Assembly (NCBI GenBank): GCA_963847445.1
Contig: CAWJZV010000030.1
Coordinates: 224,001-288,000, forward strand
Source of the DNA: an uncultured delta proteobacterium
Lineage (GTDB): Bacteria; Desulfobacterota; Binatia; UBA9968
DNA: 64,000 bases
Direction: 5' to 3'
Shown here: positions 42,758-51,734 of the stretch, piece after piece
Layout of the letters: each line of letters begins with the position of its first letter
Position numbering within the stretch: position 1 is the stretch's first letter
Program-made: the position numbers and the translations under genes
Notes under the pieces: model-generated
Database searches by the model: none
The model's input: only the letters and a program-made list of their open reading frames with translations
What the model was told of the DNA's origin: nothing

Positions 42758-43231
42758 TTACTGATGGGTGCGTTCCCAAGCCTTTTGCTCTTCGCGGCCT
42801 TGCCAGATGATTTCACGTGAAAATTCTCCCGTTCCGATCCAGAAAAGGGACGGCTTTAGCTGCGCGTATTCGAGAAAATACTTCAACGCCTCGGCCGCTA
42901 ATTCTTCCGAGACGAACAACTCGCGGGGCCAGCGTTCAAGAGCCTGGCCACCGAGGTTGATTTCAACACTTGGGGAAGAAAAATCATTTCTGTTCACGAG
43001 GAAATGACCAAGCGAATGGTCGTTCTCAAAACACTGGACATTATAACCTTCGCTGTCATGCCAACTGATATGAGCGCGAGGAAATTCGCCATGCGCAGGA
43101 CAGATGTATGCTTCATCCCAAGGAGCGGCGGATCGCACACGCGTTAGAACATCGGATGCTGTTGGGGTGAAAACCTCGGCTTCACCTGAGATCAATGAGA
43201 GCCGAAAAATGAACTGACGATTCTCGCTCAT
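42758..43231 (-). CDS. Imm1-like immunity protein
   Basis: LGGQ...P..LFVS...A.EAL.YF......P...W pattern. Confidence 0.6.
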   Translation of the reverse strand: MSENRQFIFRLSLISGEAEVFTPTASDVLTRVRSAAPWDEAYICPAHGEFPRAHISWHDSEGYNVQCFENDHSLGHFLVNRNDFSSPSVEINLGGQALERWPRELFVSEELAAEALKYFLEYAQLKPSLFWIGTGEFSREIIWQGREEQKAWERTHQ

Positions 43232-43243
43232 GGTTCTTATGAC

Positions 43244-43355
43244 GTCTAACGTATGGCTCAGTGGCCGCCGGCAATACGCAACTAAGGCGTGTTACGCCGC
43301 TTACTTCTCACAATCGCTGCGCTTCCGGCGGTCCATCTGAAGCCGGATGTTATCC
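43244..43355 (-). repeat. attC site (~112 bp)
   Basis: gtctaac...ggctcagtggccgccgg/ccggcggtccatctgaagcc...gttatcc. Confidence 0.85.
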
Positions 43356-43381
43356 GATCTTGCGGGGGTCGATGCAAGACG

Positions 43382-43606
43382 TTAAGCGACGGATCTAACA
43401 GTCACGAGATCGCTTTCTTGAACCGGTCTCACGTCATCGACGTTGAGTGTGACCAGCGCCTGAGTTTTGCCGGATGCGGTTACAAACTCAACCTCCAACC
43501 CATCGGGCTCGTACACTTCCACGATAGCTCCCAAATCTCCGGCGCGAAGGCCATGCTGGGGCAGGTTTCGGTCAAGAACTACTGTATCGAGAAGTTTGTA
43601 CTTCAT
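43382..43606 (-). CDS. DUF4926 protein
   Basis: LDTVVL..NLP.HGL.AGD.GAIV..Y...G.EVEF. Confidence 0.88.
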   Translation of the reverse strand: MKYKLLDTVVLDRNLPQHGLRAGDLGAIVEVYEPDGLEVEFVTASGKTQALVTLNVDDVRPVQESDLVTVRSVA

Positions 43607-43710
43607 TCCGTTTCTCCCGGGAAAGCAGTTACGAACTGAGGAACATTACTTTCAAATCGTACAATCCAAACGGTCAACACCCTAGCGGATCTCCCTGAGG
43701 GACCATTTTG
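43603..43710 (-). pseudogene. C-terminal remnant of a DUF6883-like toxin
   Basis: GPSGRSARVLTVWIV...PQFVTAFPG; ATGA-coupled to DUF4926; 5' part missing. Confidence 0.6.
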
Positions 43711-43711
43711 A

Positions 43712-44497
43712 TCAAGCATCAACCGTAATTTCTCCGCGCAAGTACTCGACAGCTTGTCCTGCGATCAAAACGCGATCACCGCGCAACGCGCAACGAAGGT
43801 CGCCGCCGCGAGCTGAAAGCTGCTTTGCAACCAGCTCGGAGCGGCCAAGGCGCGCCGCCCAATACGGCACGAGCGTGCAATTCGCAGACCCGGTTACAGG
43901 ATCCTCGGGGATTCCTTGGCGCGGCGCGAAAAACCGATAAACGTAGTCCACCGCTCCACCGGGCGCGGAGATGATGACCGCAAAGGCATCGAGAGAAGCG
44001 ATGCGCCCGAAATCCGGGCGAAAGTCGTGTATTTGTGACTCCGACTCGTAGATCGCAAGCAAGTCGCGCGCTCGATATAACTCTCTGGGGCGAATGCCCA
44101 AGGCCGCAACAACGGTATCTTCTATCTCCACTGGTTTCCCGGGACGGGAAGGAAAATCCATGCTGAGAAGATCGCCATCCCGAGTAACCGTGAGATTTCC
44201 GCTGCGCGTGCTGAATGTAAGGCGTTTCGCCGAGGGCAAGGTATGCCGGAAGAGCACGTCTGCGGTCGCCAAGGTTGCATGTCCACACAGATCGACCTCC
44301 ACCGTTGGTGTGAACCACCGTAGCGGCATGATCTCCCCATGCGGGATCACAAATGCGGTTTCGGCGAGATTGTTCTCCGCGGCGATCGCCCTGAGTGCGT
44401 CGTCAGGCAGCCAGGCATCCAGCAGCACCACTGCCGCGGGATTCCCGCCGAACATTCGACCCGTAAAGGCATCCATCTGGTAGAGCGGTAGCTTCAT
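43712..44497 (-). CDS. PhzF family isomerase
   Basis: DAFT...GGNPAAV, ETAF, EVDLCGHATLA, EDPVTGSA. Confidence 0.93.
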   Translation of the reverse strand: MKLPLYQMDAFTGRMFGGNPAAVVLLDAWLPDDALRAIAAENNLAETAFVIPHGEIMPLRWFTPTVEVDLCGHATLATADVLFRHTLPSAKRLTFSTRSGNLTVTRDGDLLSMDFPSRPGKPVEIEDTVVAALGIRPRELYRARDLLAIYESESQIHDFRPDFGRIASLDAFAVIISAPGGAVDYVYRFFAPRQGIPEDPVTGSANCTLVPYWAARLGRSELVAKQLSARGGDLRCALRGDRVLIAGQAVEYLRGEITVDA

Positions 44498-44514
44498 TGC
44501 GGTCGTTTTTTGCC

Positions 44515-44602
44515 AGCTAAAGGTTGAGCTGAGCGCCGCGGCTGCAGCGGTATGGGCTTGGCACTTTATCGTCCACGCGTGCGCTCCCGCGAGGTGTTAA
44601 GG
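44515..44602 (-). repeat. attC site (R' mutated)
   Basis: agctaaa...gagcgc/gcgctc...gttaagg. Confidence 0.65.
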
Positions 44603-44668
44603 CGGCACGAATTCGCATACGAAGCGCAACACGGCGAAGTCACTGTGGCGGCCCTATGGAAGGAATTG

Positions 44669-45221
<553 letters not shown>

Positions 45222-45250
45222 TACGGTAGCAGGGACTGCCGTAATCGGCG

Positions 45251-45307
45251 GCCTAACGTTGTGCCGCTGAGTGATCTTCTCAGATTCGCTCAAGCGGCGG
45301 GTTATCT
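45251..45307 (-). repeat. attC site
   Basis: gcctaac...gccgctgag/ctcaagcggc...gttatct. Confidence 0.85.
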
Positions 45308-45319
45308 CAATGGGAACAT

Positions 45320-45677
45320 TCACGCCAGGACGTTCAAGGTAGCCGCTGCTCTCCGGAAGCGGCTTGTCGAAGGTCCAAATTGCGCACCTTGTGAGTAACG
45401 TCGAAGCGAGAAGATGAGCATCCACCCAACCGATACCACGTCCGTACAAACGCCGCGCGTCTATGAAGCTTATGACTTCTTCGTGTTCGAGCAAATGCGC
45501 TTCGGGCAAGGCTTTCAGCATGGTGAGAATCTCGCCTCGCTTCTGCAGCGTTCCGCAAGCCAATTCGCCGATAACAAACGGATGGCAAAGGACTTGTTCG
45601 TCAAGTAGCAGACCTCTTAGACGATCATTTCCCGCTCGGAGATGCTCGATCCAGACCGAGGTGTCGACGAGAATCAT
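45320..45677 (-). CDS. vapC: VapC PIN toxin
   Basis: ILVDTSVWI, GELACG, G.VDAHLLAS, WT.D. Confidence 0.9.
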
Positions 45678-45874
45678 GCAAAGCGGCGAGGTCGACGTCT
45701 CCGAATACTGCGAAGCCGTCTCTCAGTACCTCCGAGATTGGCCAAACGGCGGGCACTCTCTTTGGCGATGAGCGCCTCAAGCCCCAAGCGTACCAAGGAA
45801 GTCTTTTCCTTGACACCAGTCAGCTTGGCGGCGTCCTGTAGGAGAGAATCATCAATGTTGAGTGTTGTTCTCAT
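45674..45874 (-). CDS. vapB: VapB antitoxin
   Basis: MRTTLNIDD.LL; KT.LV..GL.ALI. Confidence 0.9.
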   Translation of the reverse strand: MRTTLNIDDSLLQDAAKLTGVKEKTSLVRLGLEALIAKESARRLANLGGTERRLRSIRRRRPRRFA

Positions 45875-45920
45875 ATGCAATTAGGATGCCCAAATGATGC
45901 ATACGGGTCAAGTGTCGGAA

Positions 45921-45971
45921 AGATAACGCGATGCCGCTGAGCCGGAATCGGCTCGAAGCGGCGGGTTAGGC
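45921..45971 (-). repeat. attC site (51 bp)
   Basis: agataac...gccgctgagccggaatcggctcgaagcggc...gttaggc. Confidence 0.82.
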
Positions 45972-46699
45972 CGTTTGCTGTTCGAGAACATTGAATGCTT
46001 TCACAACGCTTGCGAGTGGCGGAAGCAACTCTTCGTCAGGAGGATCGTCTTTGTGCTTCACGGCTTTCCACCGTTCATTCGCCTCATCCGCGGCTGCAGC
46101 GAACGCCGCCAGTGCCTGGTCGGACGTTGCACGTGCATACTCAGAAAGTGTAGCGGCGATCTCGCCGAGCGTTGCCTTCGCGCGAACCTTGAGGCCTATA
46201 TCTTTCGTGGCGAGACGGAAAGCCTCTTTCTCAAGCTCCTTGGCCACTCTGCCGAAAATGCCTGAGCGGTGCGACCCGAATGTTGAGGGTGCCCGATCAA
46301 GTGTATCCTCGGCGTAGATTCTTCGCGTATTTCTCTGGATGACCTCGGCCGCCGCGATGTATTTCTCTGGGCTGCCACCGTAAGGATCTTCAAGATTGAT
46401 GTATGATGTGCGAGTTATCGGCGGGATCCTAAGATTTTCCGCTGCGAAAGGACGAAATATTACTACCACGTCGACGGACGCGAGATTAACAGACTGGATG
46501 TCGACAACCGAATGATTTGAAATATCGATTCCGAACGTTCGCATTGCACTGATAGCATTTCTCGCTGCAGGCGCCCCCCCTCCGCTTCTGTCCCGGCACT
46601 GCTGATCTGATGATTCGCACCAAAAATCCTGCGCGCGAATCCTGCGGCCATGGGGCTGCGGCACGTGTTTCCTGAGCAGACAAACAGAAGTCGAGTCAT
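45966..46699 (-). CDS. Low-molecular-weight phosphatase/ArsC-like domain plus C-terminal helical domain (frameshifted)
   Basis: LFVCSGNTCRSPMA, SAG, EDPYG. Confidence 0.8.
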
Positions 46700-46721
46700 T
46701 CTGATTTTCAGATTTCTATCG

Positions 46722-46781
46722 GCCTAACGCCTGAATTAAGCTGACCCGCGAAGCGGGTTCGGATTGAATGAATTGTTATGC
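46722..46781 (-). repeat. attC site
   Basis: gcctaac...acccgcgaagcgggt...gttatgc. Confidence 0.85.
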
Positions 46782-46841
46782 GGCAATTGCCTGGGTTTCA
46801 CAGAACTTGCCCGATGTCGGACCTGTTCAGGGCGGAATCCC

Positions 46842-47261
46842 TCAGGACTTCGCTTTCTTCGAAGGTTTCGACTTGCCAGAACTGTTGAGGGCGACCGCTT
46901 GGCGAACGAGCGCCTTGAAGGCGGACTCGTCAACTTCTTCTCCTTCGTGGATGTCGATCGCGCGGCGTACGTTTCCGTCGAGACTCGAGTTGAAGAGACG
47001 GGCCGGATCCTTCAGAGACGCGCCCTTGGCGAAGGTGAGCTTCACGACCTTCTTGTAGGATTCGCCGGTGCAGATGATGCCGTCGTGCGACCAGACCGGA
47101 GTGCCCATCCACTTCCACTCCTCGACGACGTCCGGGTCTGCTTCCTTGATGAGCTTGCGCATTCTGCCGAGGGTTTCCCCGCGCCAGTCCCCGAGTTCGG
47201 CGATTCTTTTCGAGATGAGCTCCGATGCCGACTGGCCTTGGCTCGCGCCCGACTTTTTCAT
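46842..47261 (-). CDS. DUF1801 protein
   Basis: [28 protein letters not shown]. Confidence 0.9.
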   Translation of the reverse strand: MKKSGASQGQSASELISKRIAELGDWRGETLGRMRKLIKEADPDVVEEWKWMGTPVWSHDGIICTGESYKKVVKLTFAKGASLKDPARLFNSSLDGNVRRAIDIHEGEEVDESAFKALVRQAVALNSSGKSKPSKKAKS

Positions 47262-47340
47262 GTTCTCATCCTAGAAGTTCCAGATATATTTCATTTGCAA
47301 GACAGTGGAGGATAGTCATGTAAGACTTTAGAACGACGTC

Positions 47341-47401
47341 GCATAACGCCGCCCATCACGCGCGTGCGTCTTCGCACGTCGCGTGGATGGGCTTGTTGGG
47401 G
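47341..47401 (-). repeat. attC site
   Basis: gcataac...gcccatcacgcgcgtgcg/cgcacgtcgcgtggatgggc...gttgggg. Confidence 0.88.
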
Positions 47402-47404
47402 TCA

Positions 47405-48242
47405 GCTCGATCCACGTTGAGTCACTCATGTTCTGTCGCTCTGACCACCAACGCCGGCAGTCGTCCGCTCTTTGGAAGATGCAGGATCCTAAACTTGAAC
47501 TCTGAGAATTCCGCGAGGGATCATTGGTCGTCTCCACGTCCGTCACTGCAGAATCACCACATACGAAAGCTGGTCCATGCTGACAAAGTTGTGAGTATGT
47601 AGGATCGAAATAGCAGAAGGCCGTGCTGCGCAGGTCTGGCTCTTTAGCAAGCATCATGTTCTCACCGGATTGAAACGTCCGTCGCGCTGCCTCTGGGAAT
47701 TGAGAAGGCGAGAAGCTTGTTGCCAACACTCAATCGGCTGCTCGCCGTATTGGCGATCTCCCTTGCGAAGGCATGCATGGCCGGTTTCGGGCCAATTCCA
47801 CGCTTCAAGAGGCGACGGAAGCGTCTAGTGCTTTCCGCGATCAGCAGGGAGCGATTGGCCGATGACCCGGCTCGCGTATAGCTCATTTGGCCTCAGCCGG
47901 CGTTCGAATACATGAAGAGTTTCACCTGGCGATGAACGTCGCCCTCCTTCAAGATCATTCATGTTCGTCACTAGCAGAAAGTGCGGCTGTAATGGCTCTG
48001 TGGTCGTTTGGCGCCAGCCCGCTATTAGGAATGTGAGTTCTAGTGGAAATGGCGCTCCTTTGATGGCTCGAGCTCCGTCGTTCTCGCAAGTACCTGTGCA
48101 GCAACGTACGGACTCCGGCAGTTGCTTTCTGCCAGCCGTACTGCAATCCACTCGTGAGTCGAGGCGCCTTCGGGTTCCGAAAAACCCGTATAGGCTATTC
48201 CCCAGACACCACATACCGAGACTAACTTGCACGTATGATCAT
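47405..48242 (-). pseudogene. Fragmented unknown cassette gene
   Basis: Cassette-sized interval with only broken ORFs. Confidence 0.35.
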
Positions 48243-48248
48243 CAGAGG

Positions 48249-48290
48249 CTCTAACCTTTACGTGGACCGCTCACGAACGTGAGCTGTCTA
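48249..48290 (-). repeat. Degenerate attC remnant
   Basis: ctctaac plus hairpin gctcacgaacgtgagc; no R''. Confidence 0.4.
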
Positions 48291-48363
48291 TCCGAGACAA
48301 CGAGTACGGTTCCCTGCGTGAGAGCGGCGAGAATTTGCGTCATGTGGCACCTAGCCCTTGACG

Positions 48364-48444
48364 GCCTAACAAATCAGGCTGAGAGGGCGAGACCAGCGAG
48401 CGCAGCGACCGGGTCGAAGATCCTTCTCAAGCCGATTGTTAGGC
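48364..48444 (-). repeat. attC site
   Basis: gcctaacaaatcaggctgagag/cttctcaagccgattgttaggc. Confidence 0.88.
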
Positions 48445-48459
48445 GTATTACGGAAGCCG

Positions 48460-49186
48460 AATGATGGTTTCATTGTATCTCTGCATAGCTCGCATGGAGA
48501 TCGGCAACTTGCAGCCAGACGAATAAGCTCCTGCTTGACTGATTCAAATGCTGGATGTGGTAATCGGGGATCTAGGACCACTTCATCAAGCACTGCTTCG
48601 TGATCGAAATCTACATTCACAACGCCCCCGGCGCCCATGTCGCCTTCGACGTCGTCAATTAGCAGACGTACCTCTTTTTCGTGCTCGAATTCGCGTCTCT
48701 TGATGCAACAGAATACTTGAGCAAAGTTTTGCGACTGGCCGCCAAAGCTCAGGTCCATAAAGGAAGTGGTGGCTAAAAGCTGTTCATGATCAACCCCCGC
48801 TCCAGATATCTTACAACGCCAATAAAGTATTTTAGGTCGCGGAATTTATCAGCGCGATTGTATATGGCCGCAAACAATTTTCTAATGGTCGTTGCGTCTC
48901 GGAAACCATCCTTGTTTGGACTATAGATCCTCCACACGGCAGGTGTCACGATTCATCGTCCAGCACTGACCATACCAACTTGAGGCGATGGTGCAATGCT
49001 AACCAATTTTCCAGTTGGGGTCTTTGCCTTGCACTTGAGAAAGAAATTTTCAAACGGATGTCCTACTTGGACGGATGGACGAGCCCGTTTTTGTTGCTTC
49101 GGAGAAGGTCCTTGAACCGACGGATCGGGAACACCCGATAGAATGCGCGCGTCCGAATCGTTTACATCTATGCCATTCTCTTCCAT
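48460..49186 (-). CDS. DUF2971-like protein (many frameshifts)
   Basis: PFENF; WRIYSPNK; KRREFEHEKEVRL; EVVLDPR. Confidence 0.7.
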
Positions 49187-49215
49187 ACGACTTCGTTCGA
49201 CGGCGATGCAGATAC

Positions 49216-49287
49216 GCCTAACGTTTGAGCTAAGCCGCCGGAGGAGGCCGCAGGGCGGTACCGGCCGGCTTGAGCGAGGGGTTAGAA
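49216..49287 (-). repeat. attC site (first in array)
   Basis: gcctaac...agccgccgg/ccggccggct...gttagaa; gttagaagac complements the head site gtcttctaac (50007-50016). Confidence 0.9.
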
Positions 49288-50004
49288 GACATTTTTGGTC
49301 AGCCAGTCTGCACCTTGGATCAATTCGTCGACTTGCTCACGTGTTGGCTCCTAACATCCTTCTTGTGTGAGCACAGATTTCGAAGATCAGCGAGGAAACG
49401 AAATCTTTCGCCAAGCTGTGTCAATAACGGAAGCCGCCTTCAGCGGGTCATTCAGATCGGCCGATCGTTGGATTTTTCTAAACTTTCACGCCTTTGGAGT
49501 CCGCTACTTTCTGCAGGTGACCCTCAATGACGACACCGACTAGCGCACCCGCTGCGCGGAGGCTCACGTAGGAAGCTGGATGCGACAACTAGCTCACTAT
49601 CGTGGAGTACTCTCTGGCTCGTCTGGTGTTGTGGTGCACAGGATCGACGCGCTCGGCAATTGCCTTGATGATGGCGGGCTCAACGAAGTAGTATATGAGG
49701 GTTCTCTCGTCCTGTCGAAATCCGGGTGCTGGAACTTGTGCGGGTCGAGCTCTTGAAGAAGTCATGAACCAGAAGGTTCCGTAGCCGATACGCCTTCGCT
49801 TGGGATCGATCTGCGTAGTACGCCTTGAACTCCGCAAGACGGTCCGGTGCAAGCGATGCAACGGCCTTCAGTGCCTTTGTGTACCAGCATGGTATCCTAT
49901 TGGAACGCTTGGCTACGCTTCTTCTGGAACGCGACGGCAAGCTTAGCGCCGCTGTCGTACAGGTCATCGGTCTCTTTGCGAATGAGATCTCGTTTTGCGT
50001 ACAT
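49282..50004 (-). CDS. HEPN-like protein (frameshifted), first cassette
   Basis: C-terminus pieced across frames: WRKIS/FLADLRNLCSHKKD/EPTREQVDELIQG, with an RxxxxH motif. Confidence 0.6.
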
Positions 50005-50009
50005 ACGTC

Positions 50010-50135
50010 TTCTAACTATTAAGTGAGCGATTTAGACTGCGCCAGTATTGGCCGCCTATTCCAAACAACTCCGTTGATGATAAACGACAACATTGCGAAC
50101 TGTATCGCTTACTTCCTGCATGAAAGTCAAGATTT
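50010..50135 (-). promoter_or_regulatory. attI-like array head with possible upstream promoter
   Basis: GTTAGAA core with no complementary arm; TTGACT about 115 bp upstream in an AT-rich tract. Confidence 0.45.
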
Positions 50136-50320
50136 CTCATTCCGGCAATTGCCGCCAGGTTGGCCGCTTATCCAGGCTGAAAGTCGTCGTTTCAACTTTT
50201 CAAAAGTCGGTCTGCCGGGCTTTGAACGCCTCTGCCGCCGCGATTCAAAACATGCGTGTAGATCAATCGTCGTGCTGACATCGCGACGCGCGGACAGGCT
50301 TCCGCCAGGAGCGCATGGAA

Positions 50321-50457
50321 GCGTTCAAAACGTTCAAGTTGTTCAAGTCATTCCGATGGAAACGGTTCCAAAAGTTCCAGGCGTTCCAACGGTTCTAGCC
50401 AATCTGGAATTAAAAGCGGTTCAAAACGTTCAAATTGTTCAAGTCGTTCAAAACGTT
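50321..50457. repeat. 9-bp GTTCAAnnn arrays (downstream arm of four-helix-bundle unit 1)
   Basis: gttcaaaac gttcaagtt gttcaagtc ... gttcaaaac gttcaaatt gttcaagtc gttcaaaac gtt. Confidence 0.9.
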
Positions 50458-50468
50458 GCGGATCGGAT

Positions 50469-50885
50469 TTAAGGTGTCGTACTTTTTGATTTGTTCGATG
50501 CCGTATACTTTGGGCCTTTCAACGAACTGCGCTTTAGGTAGTCGATCAGGTTGCTGATCATAATGGATAGGCGACGAAACGATTGGCTGGCAGCGTCACA
50601 ATCTTTCTGCGCGACATAGGATTGATCCAGGGCTACGTAAAGGTGCGAGCGCACTTCCCCGCACGAGGCTTTGGCGACATAGAGAAATTGAATAAATTCT
50701 TGGTTTCCGCCGCGTTCGAATCCTTCGGCGATGTTCGACAGGATCGACACTGCGGCCCGCCTGATTTGATCCCGCAACGCGAAGTCCTTGGCAAAACCAC
50801 CATCCTTCGTCATTCGATAAATCGCTTTCGTAAGCAGTCGCGCATCTTTCCAAATCTCAAGGTCTTCAAAATTCTTCACTTCCAT
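50469..50885 (-). CDS. Four helix bundle protein (23S rRNA IVS-protein family), copy 1
   Basis: Own RBS (GAGGAGGAG); FEDLEIWK, LRDQIRRAAVSILSNIAEGFER. Confidence 0.92.
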   Translation of the reverse strand: MEVKNFEDLEIWKDARLLTKAIYRMTKDGGFAKDFALRDQIRRAAVSILSNIAEGFERGGNQEFIQFLYVAKASCGEVRSHLYVALDQSYVAQKDCDAASQSFRRLSIMISNLIDYLKRSSLKGPKYTASNKSKSTTP

Positions 50886-50900
50886 CGTCTCCTCCTCTTT

Positions 50901-50940
50901 AACGACTTGAACGTTTTGAACGACTTGAACGATTGGAACC
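50901..50940. repeat. Inverted 9-bp array (upstream arm of unit 1)
   Basis: 50910-50939 is the reverse complement of 50428-50457 at 28 of 30 positions. Confidence 0.9.
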
Positions 50941-50941
50941 C

Positions 50942-51551
50942 TTAGAATTTTCTTAAGCAGCCCGACAATTTTTCCGGCGATGCGGAACTCGCCTTCGGCG
51001 ACGACGATCGGCGCGTACTTGTCATTTTCCGCTTTGAGCGTGACCACGCCGTCTTTTTTGTAGAACCGCTTGAGCGTCGCTTCGCCGTCGATCAGGGCGC
51101 AGACGATCTCGCCGTTCTCCGCCGTGGTCTGCTGCTTGACGATCACCCGGTCGCCGTCGATGATGCCGGCGCCGATCATGCTGTCGCCTTGGACTTGCAG
51201 GGCGAACTGTTTACCGCCGCCCATGTCGCTGGGAATCGCTAAGAACCCTTCGGTATTTTCCTCGCTCAAAAACGGCTTGCCGGCGGCGACCCGGCCGAGA
51301 ATCGGCACTTCACGGGTGACGTTGATGACCGCCTTGCCGAGAGCATTGACGACTTCGATGGCGCGCTTGCCGACCCGGCGGATATAGCCCTTTTTTTCCA
51401 GCGCTTTCAGATGATCGGATACCCCGTTGGTCGAGGCGATCTTAAACTGCCGGCCGATCTCATGGATCGACGGCGCAAAGCCCTGCTCGCGAATACTCTT
51501 CAAGAGAAAATCGTAGATCGCCTTTTGCCGGTCGGTCAGCGCGGGAAGCAT
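50942..51551 (-). CDS. lexA: SOS repressor LexA (true stop probably masked by a 1-nt insertion)
   Basis: LTDRQ..I, PSI.EI, ALEKKGYI, GRVAAG, GDSM, TLKRF. Confidence 0.95.
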
Positions 51552-51561
51552 GAAAGCTATA

Positions 51562-51581
51562 TACTGAAAATATTTTCAGTA
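51562..51581. promoter_or_regulatory. Putative LexA operator overlapping the lexA promoter
   Basis: Perfect 20-bp palindrome TACTGAAAATATTTTCAGTA (CTG-N10-CAG), 10 bp before the ATG, abutting TTGACT. Confidence 0.8.
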
Positions 51582-51607
51582 GTCAAGGCGCGGCAAAATT
51601 ACGGCTG

Positions 51608-51714
51608 GTTCAAGCCGTTCCAGCCGTTCAAATCGTTCAAGCCGTTGAACTCAAACCGGTTCAAACCGTTCCGGAAACGATTTGAACGACTTGAACGTTT
51701 TGAACTATTTGAAC
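51608..51714. repeat. Gene-less inverted pair of 9-bp arrays (hairpin)
   Basis: GTTCAA units followed directly by TTGAAC units. Confidence 0.85.
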
Positions 51715-51734
51715 GGTCTAACGCGCCCGGCGCG

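Noticed and set aside
50020-50320. Remnant intI next to the array head
   Set aside because: I could not find tyrosine-recombinase motifs in the ORFs here; a translated HMM search would settle it.
50321-50940. GTTC repeats as LexA boxes (GTTC-N7-GTTC or GAAC-N4-GTTC)
   Set aside because: The spacing is GTTC-N5-GTTC, and a better operator candidate exists at 51562-51581.
50469-51551. LexA-four-helix-bundle fusion (360-aa ORF)
   Set aside because: Removing one A restores the usual LLRKF* end at 50942, the second gene has its own RBS, and indels are pervasive in this sequence. Reads should still be checked.
50321-51714. GTTCAA arrays as a CRISPR array
   Set aside because: They are 9-bp tandem units with no unique spacers, and there are no cas genes.
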